A stretch of 64,000 nucleotides of DNA from Octopus sinensis (taxonomy: Eukaryota): positions 33,108,001-33,172,000 of the forward strand of contig NC_042997.1 of assembly GCF_006345805.1 (NCBI RefSeq), read 5' to 3'. Positions 11,100 to 23,397 of the stretch are shown piece by piece. The notes beneath the pieces are model-generated. The model did not search any database and had not been told where the DNA came from. It saw only the letters and a list, made by a program, of their open reading frames with translations. The position numbers and the translations under genes were made by a program. Position 1 is the first letter of the stretch, and each line of letters opens with the position of its first letter.

Positions 11100-12318
11100 G
11101 TATATATATATATATGTATATATATATATACAAGCTGGTATACCCGGTAATTCCTGGGGGTAAAGATGTTCTATTGAAACGCCCTATTATTCTGATATAA
11201 GAAAGCAATTTCGTTATAACTGCCACAAAAGGTGTATTTTCCATCAAGAAAAAGTACAGAAAACTGTCAGCTGGAGGAGGAAGAGATTGTTAGAGGTTGG
11301 TGAGTGAGGTTTTTGGAGGTTGGTGAGAGGCAAAGATATTATTCTGCTTAGCAAAGGCATCTGGGAAATATATAACTGCTGTCACTCACAGAAAAACTAT
11401 TGTTTTACCGTGAGAAAAACACTGTAGTAGTGCTAAGTGAAATTTGGCAATCGAGGATTGAATCCACACTATGCCTGCATGAAGCCACTACAAATACATT
11501 GTGGAATAAAAAAATTATCTACTGTCATGGGAAAAGTTTAACTGTAAAAATGCAGAATTATTGGAGTAATGGGCATCCAAAAATGTATTTATGTATAGAA
11601 ATGTATGAATGAAGTCTTTAATGTTTAAGATTCAAATTAAGGAAGTGCAATAATAATGTTTAGCAGTTCAAAACTATGAGTAATGAAATGCAGAATTAGG
11701 TCAGCTGATTGTGAGAAATATTGATCACTTCACTAAAATCTGCAGGTGGAATGGGTTATTTCCCTTGGGTTGTTTAAATAAAATATTAGTAATATGTAGT
11801 AGATAGAAGGATCCATTGAAGGGCCCTATTATCGATGTTTTTTCAACAATATAAGTATGTCACAAGGTTTCCAGACATGAGTTCTACTCATGTGTCAAAT
11901 AAAGTATAAAAGTGATATTGTCTGCAAAATATCAACATTCAAAGAACAAAAAATCAATATTAAAAAAAATCAATATTCCAAGTAATCGAACATAAACAAT
12001 GAAATGGGTTATTTCCCTTGAGTGTTTAAAAAAGATATTGTCCAGGTGCTATGGGTTATTTCCCGTGGGTGTTTTAAAAAAAATAGTTATATGAGGTAGA
12101 TATAAATGTCTCTTCCAGGGGCCGTATTATCGACTTTTTCAACAATCTAAGTATGTCACGATGTTTCTAGGCATGAGTTCTACTCACGTGTCAAGTTTCA
12201 TCAAAATCAACATAACGATTTAGGAGGAGTTAGCTAACAATGCCACAAAAGAGCACACCGATTTTCTGCATATGTAGTATATATATATATATATAAATAT
12301 ATATATATTTTTTAAAAA

Positions 12319-12778
12319 TTTTATCTAGTTTCAGCTCAGGAGCTGTGGCCATGCTGGGGCACCGCCATTTGGTGTTGCTACATGATTTTACTTCACGAAT
12401 GCTTTTTAGCAACTGCCATTTGGTGCATGAGAGAGTTCGATGCAGCTGCCCTCATCTGCACCTCCTGCCATGAAGTTGGTTCATCCGGGACACCTGACAG
12501 GAAGAGATCCAGTCCTACTTTAAAGACATCCGCATCCACCCCATGCAGGTTCCTCAGGTTCTTCGGGAGGATATCGAAGAGCTGTGGGCCTCTGAAGCCC
12601 AGGATATCACAGTATCTTGTCCTACATCTTGATGGCAAATTTGGAGTCCTTGGCACCACGCAGTGGCGCCCAGTTCTGGCATTTGTGTAACTCTCGATGC
12701 CAAAGTTTGGGACAAGTCCTTTCAGGATCTTCCAGATGTATATTATGGTATATCTTTCTCGCCTACGCTCCAAGGAAT
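12319..12778 (-). mobile_element. CR1-like LINE 3' end with open frame
   Basis: LERRRERYTIIYIWKILKGLVPN...GPQLFDILPKNLRNL...FKVGLDLFLSGVPDEP...RAAASNSL matches the CR1-group ORF2 C-terminus; followed by a 3' UTR. Confidence 0.9.
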
Positions 12779-12827
12779 ATATATATATATATATATATAT
12801 ACGCACACAAACATGTACATATATATA

Positions 12828-13003
12828 TTGTTGTGTCTGGGGAGAGTTCTTTTAGTGCCTTATTATTTAATACATTCACCAGTAAAGTTTCCACTCATTT
12901 ACTTATTTATTTTAGGAACAATAAATAATGAGTGGAAACTTTACTGGTGTGTGTGTTAAATAATAAGGCACGGAAAGAGAATCACTCTCCCCAGACACAA
13001 CAA
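12828..13003. mobile_element. Fold-back MITE, about 80-bp inverted arms
   Basis: TTGTTGTGTCTGGGGAGAG...CTCTCCCCAGACACAACAA; a longer relative lies at about 39546-39821. Confidence 0.85.
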
Positions 13004-13123
13004 AATATGGTTTAACACACGAACTCACATAAAGAAGTACCAGAGTAAGCACATAAGTTTGTAACAAGGTGGAAAAAATAGTACTCAATTACTGGAGGTA
13101 GAGTAATATGCTTTGTTAATAAA

Positions 13124-13292
<169 letters not shown>

Positions 13293-15243
13293 GAACTGTC
13301 AGAGAAAGCTATTGAAAATTACCTGATTTATATGTGCATGGGTGTGCTTTTTATTTTGTGTTTATTTATGCAACTATTACTAAATACATTACTTTGTTCA
13401 CCTGATTTATTTCAGCTTTTTTTTTTTTGTTGCACAATTTCTTCTTTCTGCCATTACCTTTAATTTACTTTCAGCATACGTCTGCATATATGTATCATTG
13501 TGTATATTTATATGTACACTTCATATTATACCTTTATTTTACTATAATACAATGGTATTCCTTTGTAAAGAATTATAGCAAAGTGTGTATCTGAACCTAT
13601 ATTTTATTCTCTTATACTTTTAGTATATGCATGTATATGATGGATATTCATGTATTTGGCCATATATATATATCTAAGAATATATATATGTGCATATGTA
13701 TATATTTATGAGTACATATGTATATTTATGTATGTACATATCTATGCATGTATATTTGTTTGCCTATGTATATATGTGCATGTCTGTAGCTATATGTATA
13801 TAATAATATGCTTTTTATGTGAATGTCTGCATAGTTTCTTTTTCTTGTGTGTATGTTTGTATGTGTGTGTATGTATATTAGTATATTCATGTGTGTATAC
13901 ATACAAATAACCTACCACTGTCTCATTCCCTTATTCCTGTTTTTTTTTCTTGTTTTCATATTCCACTCCTTTCCTATTCCCTGTTTTTTTCCCCTCATAT
14001 GAGCTTTTATTACTTATACCAATTCTAAACAATAAATATCCCAGCTTTTTGGCATGCCGGTTGTCCATTATTGCCACCACATGTATATTAATGAAATTAT
14101 AATCTACAGCAACCACTACAATACTTTGAGTGTGCTGATAATTAATGAAACCACACCCCTGTCTATCTTACAAAGAAACAAACAAGGAAAATATTTCTTT
14201 TTTTTTTACTGCCTCAGTCTTCTGTAACAGAGGTGCCATTTCTAGTTCACAGTTGTGTGTGCGATACTTAAAAAAAGAGCTAATTTAATTGCGTTGTAGT
14301 AAGCTGTCAGTAAGTATGATAAAATTTTAGTTCTCAGTTGAAGTTATTTATGTTATTTATGATATGATACTAATGTCATTGAGAAAATCATAAATGTTAC
14401 AATTTTTCATTTTTCTCTCCTTTAAAATGATCAAACTCTATTACCTTGATTCAAAATGGATATTTAAGTAAAATAATTTATAGTAATCCTAGTAGAGTAG
14501 AAATAACATCCCAGTAAATACAAAAAAAGGCCAGTCTAGTAAATAAGAGCATTGTAGTTCACTTGAAGCATTGTAGTCCAGAAGTAGAAAATGAAAGAAA
14601 ATATTTTGGGTGCAAAGGCCTATCTTCATAAAGAAGCAGTCCAAGAAATGTATAGTTATGAAATTGATGCATATATACATTTCTTGGACTGCTTCTTTGT
14701 GAAGAAACCCCTTTGTGTCTGAAATATAAAGGTTCTTTTCTAAAACTTTCCCCATTGTTAGAAGCTTTCTTTATTTCCCTTTTCTTTCATTTCCTACTGG
14801 TCAAGTGTTTTCGTTAATATGTGCACATTGTAAAGTGGTTGATGTTAGGAAAGACATCCAGCCATAGAAACCATTCCAAAACAGATGATGGAATCCTTGG
14901 ATCCATTAGATCCAGTCAAACCATCCAACCCATACTTGTATAAAATATGGACATAAAATATTGATGATGATGATGATGATGATGATGATATGTGGCTTAT
15001 TGTTATCATAAACATTAGAACTTGTAATTTGCTCCTTATGGCTAATTTTATTCACCGTAAAGAAATGAAAAACAGTAAACTTTTTAAGCTACCAAAAAGT
15101 AAGTTTGGTACATCGTTGGCCATTAATTTACCATCAATAAATCATTGTCTATACATCAAACAAATCTAGCATGTTGAATTTTAGTATAATTTGATATTTG
15201 TTTAGCTTCAAAAATTGTAAAATTCTGTCTATTTTTGACATAT

Positions 15244-15618
15244 TACTCTTTTACTCTTTTACTTGTTTCAGTCATTTGACTGCAGCCATGCTGGAGCACC
15301 GCCTTTAATCGAGCAACTCGACCCTGGGACTTATTCTTTTGTAAGCCCAGTACTTACTCTATCGGTCTCTTTTGCCGAACTGCTAAGTAACGGGGACGTA
15401 AACACACCAGCATCGGTTGTCAAGCAATGCTAGGGGGACAAACACAGACACACATAAATATATATATATATACATATATACGACAGGCTTCTTTCAGTTT
15501 CCGTCTACCAAATCCACTCACAAGGCTTTGGTTGGCCCGAGGCTATAGTAGAAGACACTTGCCCAAGGTGCCACGCAGTGGGACTGAACCCGGAGCCATG
15601 TGGTTGGTAAACAAGCTC
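15244..15618 (-). mobile_element. SINE family A (5'-truncated)
   Basis: Reverse complement of 847-1271. Confidence 0.88.
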
Positions 15619-16520
15619 AAATAATGTATTAAATATAAGGCCTTTCACCAAGAGGCTTTTGAGAGAAATAATGTCTCTTAGCAAGCAAGGTTTTTTTATG
15701 AGATTGGAATTATAGGGATGCTATACATTGTTACTTAGTTATTCAAAGCCTAATGAGAGTAGATTAGGAATATTTTCTCCTTTCATGAAAGTCAAACTCA
15801 AGACATCCTTCAACCCATTAATTTGTTGTATTATGATATTCAGCTTCATATCAAGGAACTATTTTTGGTTTCGATAGCGTTGGTATTTGTTATTCACTTT
15901 GCTATTTATTATTCTCTCTTGTAGACAGGAAAGTTAAATATTCTGTTCAACAGAAGTAGAAGCAGAATGGAGAATAATGGTTTACGTAGAGTACATAATA
16001 TTCCATAAACCACACAGACACTATGCCAAACATTAAAAAATTTCAACAAGAGAATGGTTACAGTGATTTAGTTTCCCTCAAAGCTTTCTATTGGCCCAGT
16101 ACATTAATGGTATTTACAACCTATTCATTACTCTTTCTAGTGCTTATAGCAGTGAAACTACCTTTTCTTGATACCTAATTACAGCTAGACAGACTGCATC
16201 TGCATTAAGTGTTTTGTTCAAAGGATACAACACAGCACTAGTAAGATAGCATGTATCATTACCCCTTAAGTGGGTAAGGCTCTCGATGCATCAGCTAAAT
16301 TTACATTATCAATGACTAACACTAATTGTCTCAAATGTACTATCAATGTTGTCTGTCTTTCTTTTCAAATATAAATCATATTTAAATGTAATCTTACTTA
16401 TTAAATATTCTGTAGTGCAGGGTATCATTCTTTTTATCAACCACTCATAGGGTTTGTATCACAGAGGCAGGAAAAAAACTTCAATTTTCCATTTGTCATT
16501 TTATAAGATTCATTCATAAA

Positions 16521-16927
16521 TAGGTGCAGGAGTGGCTGTGTGGTAAGCAGCTTGTTTACCAACCACATGGTTCTGGGTTCAGTCCCACTACGTGGAATCT
16601 TGGGCAAGTGTCTTCTACTATAGCCTCAGGCCGACCAAAGCCTTGTGAGTGGATTTGGTAGACGGAAACTGAAAGAAGCCCGTCGTATATATGTATATAT
16701 ATGTGTGTGTGCATGTTTGTGTGTCTGTGTTTGTCCCCCTAGCATTGCTTGACAACCGATGCTGGTGTGTTTATGTCCCCGTCACTTAGCAGTTCGGCAA
16801 AAGAGACCGATAGAATAAGTACTGGGCTTACAAAGAATAAGTCCCGGGGTCGAGTTGCTCGACTAAAGGCAGTGCTCCAGCATGGCCGCAGTCAAATGAC
16901 TGAAACAAGTAAAAGAGTAAAAGAGTA
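16521..16927 (+). mobile_element. SINE family A, full length
   Basis: As 847-1271. Other + copies at 19927-20320, 21207-21607, 36660-37048, 46173-46580. Confidence 0.9.
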
Positions 16928-16943
16928 AACCAATAAGTAGATC

Positions 16944-17220
16944 ATCATCATCATTTAATGTCCGCTTTCCATGCTAGCATGGGTTGGACGGTTTGACTGA
17001 GGTCTGGTGAACCAGACTCCAATCTGATCTGGCGGAGTTTCTACAGCTGGATGCCCTTCCTAATGCCAACCACTCCCAGATTGTAGTGGGTGCTTTTACG
17101 TGCCACCGGCACGAGCGCCAGTTTGGTGGTACTGGCAACGGCCACGTTCAAATGGTGCTTTTTACATGCCACCTGCACAAGAGCCAGCCCAGCAGCACTG
17201 GCGACGACCTCGCTCAAATG
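16944..17220 (-). mobile_element. Family B retroposon about 90 bp from the secernin donor
   Basis: (CAT)n plus the reverse-complement body and 5' units. Confidence 0.85.
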
Positions 17221-17309
17221 TTTTTTTTTCAAATAAATAAATGAATAAAAAAACTAACAAAAAGACAAGAATTTGCATCAAAGTCATTAAATAGCAGTTC
17301 TTTACTTAC

Positions 17310-17498
17310 TTGTACTTTACTATTTCTTGGATGATCACAACCAGCAATATAAAGTACTTCCTGTACCTCTTCAGATGGTCTGTCAGAATTCTTACCAAAT
17401 ATGACACAGTTATCTAAACTGTTGGGTGGCAGCACAACAAAAGTATCACAAGACAGAGGTGGGCAGCTGTCTGCCAATGAAGCTAAACTTGTTGACAT
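17310..17498 (-). CDS. SCRN2/3: Secernin (SCRN2/3-like) first coding exon, 63 aa
   Basis: [50 protein letters not shown]...KVQ matches the secernin N-terminus (SCDTFV..P...[13 protein letters not shown]) including the Ntn nucleophile Cys. Ends CAA|GTAAGT (phase 0); a pyrimidine-rich acceptor lies just upstream of the ATG. SCRN2 vs SCRN3 orthology is unresolved. Confidence 0.95.
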
Positions 17499-17814
17499 TT
17501 CTGTGAAATTTCTGCAACAGAAAGAAATAGAAATTTTGTTATAAGAGATACAAATAAATAAATAAATAAAAAAGATGTATTCTTGTTTTTAATTTGGTTT
17601 GGCTACATACTGTACATTATTTATATAAGTTTTTTGTTTTGTTTTGCATGTGTGTATGTTGATAAAGATACAAACAAATAAATAAACATTTATACATATA
17701 TACATTTACAATATTGTTGAGGGGTCAATTGCTGACTAGTTATAAACATTCAAAAACCATTGAGAAGAGATCACTTATGGACATCTGTTTTGAAGCCTGT
17801 ATCTTCTCTACCCA

Positions 17815-18124
17815 GTGGAGGCACATAGCCTAGTGGTTAGAGCAGCGGACTCGAAGTCGAGGGATTTGTGGGTTCGAATCTCAGACTGGGCGATGTGTGT
17901 GTTTATGAGCGAAACACTTAAGCTCCACACGGCTCCGACAGAAGGTAATGGCGAACTTCTGCTGACTCTTTCGCCACAACTTTCTCTCACTCTTTCCTCC
18001 TGCATCTTGCAGCTCACCTGCGACAGACTGGCATCTCATCCAGGTGGGGAACCTATACGCCAAGGAAACCGGGAAACCGGCCCTTATGAGCCAGGCATGG
18101 CTCGAGAAGGAACAAACAAAACAG
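17815..18124 (+). mobile_element. tRNA-derived SINE family C variant
   Basis: 13-bp TSD TCTTCTCTACCCA at 17802-17814 and 18125-18137; relative at 56838-57137 (-). Confidence 0.88.
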
Positions 18125-19169
18125 TCTTCTCTACCCATGTTATAAATTTACTTTTGTACTCATTATCATATATGTTACTAAATGTTTGAGTACCCCAGCA
18201 TAGTAAATTCAAATTGTTAGCACAGGCATAACCAGGCTTATACATGGCTGTGAGGTTACAAAGTTTATTTCGTAACTACATGATTTCAGGTTCAGTTCTA
18301 TTTCATGTCATCTTGGGCAAGTATCTTCTACAATAGCCTCAGGCCAACAAATGCATTGTGAGTAGAAGTTCATCGTATATGTATGTGTGTGTGTGTGTGC
18401 ATGTGCGCACATGTGTGGTGCATGTGCGGGGCATGGAAATGTTGATTCCACATGTTTTCATTAACAAAAATTCAGTGTCATTGTTTTCATTCCCCAATAA
18501 TCAAATGTTCTGGAGTCCAGTGGACATGTATGGGCCAATAGAATAGAAAATACCTCACTTGAAAAAAAACTAAAAAGTCTAGAGACAGGAAGAGCATCTG
18601 GTCATAGAAAATTCATTTTATTAATTTTTATCTAACCTATGCCAGTCTGGAAAAAAAAAAAAAAATGATGATGATGATGATGATGATAGCACTGAGGATC
18701 ATAATGACAATAATGATAATAATGATGATGATGATGACAATGATGATAACAATGATAATATTCAGTATAACAATGAAAATATGCTATTTAAAAAAAAAAT
18801 CAATACTTAACTCTATATTACTTAAGTTCCCATAATATAGCACATTTCACAAATTTGCATAAGCTTGTATGTAATTAGGAAATGAGAATTATAATATTTC
18901 ATGCAAAGCTAACCAGCAGCAAAGACTCATTCAAATTTGTAAATATTTACTAAATCATTTTCACTATTACTGACACCCCAACCCATCACCATTATATTCC
19001 TCAGTTTCTGTGGCTATTTTTCTCTTGTGATATTGCTATATTTCTTAGTAAGAAACCAAACTTGTCATTCTAACAATACATCAAAGATTTAAGATAGGAA
19101 AGCAACCATTTAGAAATGCATAATTTCTGTATTAAAGTCATGATCTGTAGTTGGCGGGTTCAGATTTTT

Positions 19170-19398
19170 GCTGTACATATGGAGGATGACGGATGGGTAA
19201 AGAAGTGCCAGGAGATCCAAATGGAAGGAAAATGTGGGAGAAGAAAACCAAGAAAGGCCAGAGCAGAAGTGGTCAAAACTGATCTCAGGATGTTGCACCT
19301 CACAAAAGGCACTACAAAAGAATTCAACAAAGGGTAAGACACTGTGTTAGAAAGGACCAGTGTCCAACCCATGCTAGCATGGAAAAGCAGCTATAACA

Positions 19399-19432
<34 letters not shown>

Positions 19433-19455
19433 CAATGACGATGATGATGACGTCA
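19170..19455 (+). mobile_element. RTE LINE 3' end with (GAT)n tail
   Basis: HMEDDGWVKKCQEIQMEGKCGRRKPRK...VVKTDL, then TCCAACCCATGCTAGCATGGAAAA...(GAT)n. Confidence 0.8.
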
Positions 19456-20351
19456 TGTAAGTTGCCACATGTCATAATTGTTGAGTGAAATACTTAGGAG
19501 AAATGTTGAATTAGTTCTCGGTTTTATGTCCACTTACATTGTTAAAGATTTATCACTAACTTCAATAATTAGTTAGTGGTTACTAAACAGACACCTATCC
19601 ATCAACAGTTCTTGTAAATAATTGGATTTTTGAACCAATCCAATTTATATTAGATTTGTATAGATCATATAAGAAAGAAAATGTCTAATATTCATATTAA
19701 AGATGAATAGTTCAAAAAGAGGAGATATTCTTTAAAATCCATACATTGCATATAATAGGAATGATTGATTTAGGAATACATTTCTTTTTGAGACTCTGGA
19801 AGCAAAAAAAAATAATAATGATGATTCTTATTAAGTAATGATTAAGATACACCATCTATTCCTACACACACATGCAAAAACATACACACATGCATACACA
19901 CACATATTACACACACCTATATATAACCACAGGAGTGGCTGTGTGGTAAGAAACTTGCCTTCCAACCACATGGCTCTGGGTTCAGTCCCACTGTGTGGCA
20001 CCTTGGGTAAGTGTCTTCTACTATAGCCTCAGGCCAATCAAAGCCTTGTGAGTGGATTTGGTAGATGGAAACTGAAAGAATGCCATCATATATGTGGATA
20101 TATATGTATGTATTTGTGTGTCTGTGGTTGCCCCCACACCATCACTTGACACTGATGTTGGTGTGTTTATACCTCTGTAATTTAGTGGTTTCGCAAAAGA
20201 GACCAAGAGAATAAATACTAAGATTGCAAAGAATAGGTCCTGAGGTCGATTTGTTTCACTAAAGGTGGTGCTTCAGCATAACCACAGTCAAATGACTGAA
20301 ACAAGTAAAAGAATAAAAGAATATATATGTATATAGTTCAATAGTGCTACA

Positions 20352-20860
20352 TCAAGAAGATTGCCTCAATGAAACACTTGAGCTACTCAGAAAGACTGAA
20401 AGAATTGCAATTCTTCTCTCTAGAATGAAGGCAGGAAAGACATGTGGTGATATACATATGGAGGAGCCTAGAGGGGCTGGCACCAAATTTTGGTATTGAG
20501 ATTTATACCAGCCTCTGAACAGGATGCCATTGCACTGTCCCAAAGGACCCACTCATCCTAGCTGGAACCAGGTGCTACAATAGCTTGGGATTCAAAGGCC
20601 CACAGCTATTTAATATATTACCAAAAGAACCTGAGAGATCTACTTGAAGTCAGGATTAGATGTTTTCAAGAAGTAACATGACTTTCTTCTGTCCAAGATT
20701 TCAGATGAACATGCATCACTATAAGAAACTTAAACAAGAGCAGCAATATCAAACTTCCTCATCCACCAAAAGTCAACTACATAGGAATGGCCATTGAAAG
20801 GTGATCATTCTGGTAGTGCCCCAGCATGGCCACAGCCTTTAGGCTGGGACACATAAAAGA
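20352..20860 (+). mobile_element. Degenerate CR1-like LINE 3' end
   Basis: MKHLSYSERLKEL..SLE*RQER..IYIWRSLEGLAPNFGIE...GFKGPQLFNILPK; same family as 12319-12778. Confidence 0.82.
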
Positions 20861-21829
20861 ATATACATGAACATGCTAATACACTCACTTTCACACTCAC
20901 TAAAATCTCAATGGTTTTATCATTAGAGTTTGGTCATTTCTGATTTTTCAACAATATCTTGACCTGAAGTGTTATGACATTCAGTCTATCATCTTTTGAT
21001 ATTTATTCTTCAAAGCTTACTTTAATGTTTCTGCTTTGGCAAATATAGCATTATTTGAAATAAACTAATTTACTTGGATTAATAGATTACTTTTAATAAC
21101 ATCACATGTGTTTTGGTATACACTGTATTTATCATGATTCTGAGTATATCGATTTATATTAATTCCAATGGTAGCAGTAAAACCACAACTCTGTGGCTTT
21201 CATATATAGGCGCAGAAGTGGCTGCGTGGTAAGTAGCTTGCTTACCAACCACGTGGTTCCAGGTTCATTCCCACTGCATGGCGCCTTGGGCAAGTGTCTT
21301 CTACTATAGCCTTGGGCCTACCAAAGCCTTGTGAGTGGATTAGGTAGATGGAAACTGAAAGAAGGCTGTCGTATATATGTATATATGTGTATGTGTGTAT
21401 ATGTTTGTGTTTGTCCCCTCAACATCACTTGACAACAAATGGTGGTGGTGTGTTTATGTCTCCGTTACTTAGCGGTTCAGCAAAAGAGACCGATAGAATA
21501 AGTACTAGGCTTCCTAAGAATAAGTCCTTGGGTCGATTTACTCGATTAAAGGCAGTGCTCCAGCATGGCCGCAGTCAAATGACTGAAAGAGGTAAAAGAG
21601 AAAAGAGAGAGATGCAGTATTGTTTTTTTGCTAGTAAAAATACACATTTTTTTTATCTCTAACTTTCAGTTTTGAGGGGTTTGTTTAGTAGTTCTTTATT
21701 GTGTTTATTATTGACTTTTATCTTGTTTACTTTGTGTAAAGTATGTGCGGTGTAAGTTGTGTTATTGTATCATGTGGGTCACGTAAAAAGGCTAATGAAC
21801 ATTAGAGATGATGACTATTAAACAACAAT

Positions 21830-22250
21830 GATCATAAAGAACAATCAGGAAAATATCAAGACAGTAAACAGAATCACCTGTCTGGTTAGCATTATCAGTA
21901 ACAATGGTGATACTGAGAGCAGCATCAACCATGGAATTGGCAAAGCTATAACTGTATTCTAGACAATGTGTGCTATCTGCTCCTCCAACACTGTCAGCCT
22001 ACATGTTAAGATGCAGCTCTATAATAGCATAGTTGTAACAACAGTTCTGTATGCTAGTAAGACATGGATGAACATTGTGAAGATTAACAGAAATCTAGAT
22101 ATGTTCGAGAACATACTGGCAAGACCACATAACCAATAAAACCATTCTAAAGAGAGCCAACACAAGAATTCTTAGTGAAATCTAGTTGCGATCCAGTGTG
22201 CTCAAGAACACAGGAGGAACTGAAACTGAAACTAAATGTTGAGAGGATTG
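21830..22250 (+). mobile_element. Degenerate RTE LINE fragment
   Basis: SIISNNGDTESSINHGIGKA...SLHVKMQLYNSIVVTTVLYASKTW, resembling YLGS...IGKA...KLYNS.V..LLYG.ETW. Confidence 0.75.
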
Positions 22251-23009
22251 TATTATTGATACTTAAAGCATCTTGTATTTAGTTTTTTTTTTGCAGGGAG
22301 ATTGTGTAAAGTTAATAGCCCTGGTACTGTAGTTATGGATTTATTTATACTATTCTCTATCATATCTAGAGTACTAAGAATTATTGGAATCAGTTTTAAT
22401 CTCGAGCAATACAGCTCTGTTATTTCGTTTTCAAGAGCCTTGTTCTTCAAACCTTTCCTAACTTTCTTCATGGAGACTATTTATTATGAAGGATGCACAT
22501 TTATTATGAAGGAAGGCACAGTGTGAATTTCATTGACTTTATGTTTTACAAATAATCTGAATTGTCATTCTTATGTTAGAAACTATCATCATCATCATCA
22601 TATTGTTATTATTGTCGTCGTCATCGTCGTTGTCATCGTCATCATCATCATCATTATCATTATCATTATTATTATTGTTATTATTATTATTATTATTACT
22701 AACATGGTAGAATTCACAAGCTCATAAAAGACAGAACTCATTGTAATTCAGTATTCAGTTGCTGAGTTAAAATCTCATTAGGGTTCATTTGTTCATTATA
22801 TTTCCTAGATTTATAAAGTAAGAACTAGCGCTGAACTAGTTGACTCCAATCTACCACCATTGATTAGAGAAGATGTCAGCTATGGTGTTTACCAAGAATG
22901 CTGTCACTATTTTGCAAAAATACTGAATTACAGAAAACACAATTGTAATTTCTAAGTGGTAGACATGGTAGTGTATATGAAAGTGTATATACCTGTGTTT
23001 ACCTGAGAT

Positions 23010-23397
23010 GATGGAAGCACTCCGTCGGTTACGACGACGAGGGTTCCGGTTGATCCGAATCAACGGAACAGCCTGCTCATGAAATTAACGTGTAAGTGGC
23101 TGAGCACTCCACAGACACGTGTACCCTTAACGTAGTTCTCGGGGATATTCAGTGTGACACAGAGAGTGACAAGGCCGGCCCCTTGAAATACAGGTACAAC
23201 AGAAACAGGAAGTAAGAGCGAGAGAAAGTTGTTGTGAAAGAGTACAGCAGGGATCACCACCATCCCCTGCCGGAGCCTAGTGGAGCTTTTAGGTATTTTC
23301 GCTCAATAAACACTCACAACGCCCGGTCTGGGAATCGAAACCGCGATCCTACGACCGTGAGTCTGCTGCCCTAACCACTGGGCCATTGCGCCTCCAC
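23010..23397 (-). mobile_element. SINE family C, full length
   Basis: 11-bp TSD TTACCTGAGAT at 22999-23009 and 23398-23408; near-identical to 59708-60090. Confidence 0.92.

Noticed and set aside
22809-22955. Plus-strand acceptor followed by IYKVRTSAELVDSNLPPLIREDVSYG...
   Set aside because: No recognisable homology, ambiguous donor and no compatible neighbouring exon.
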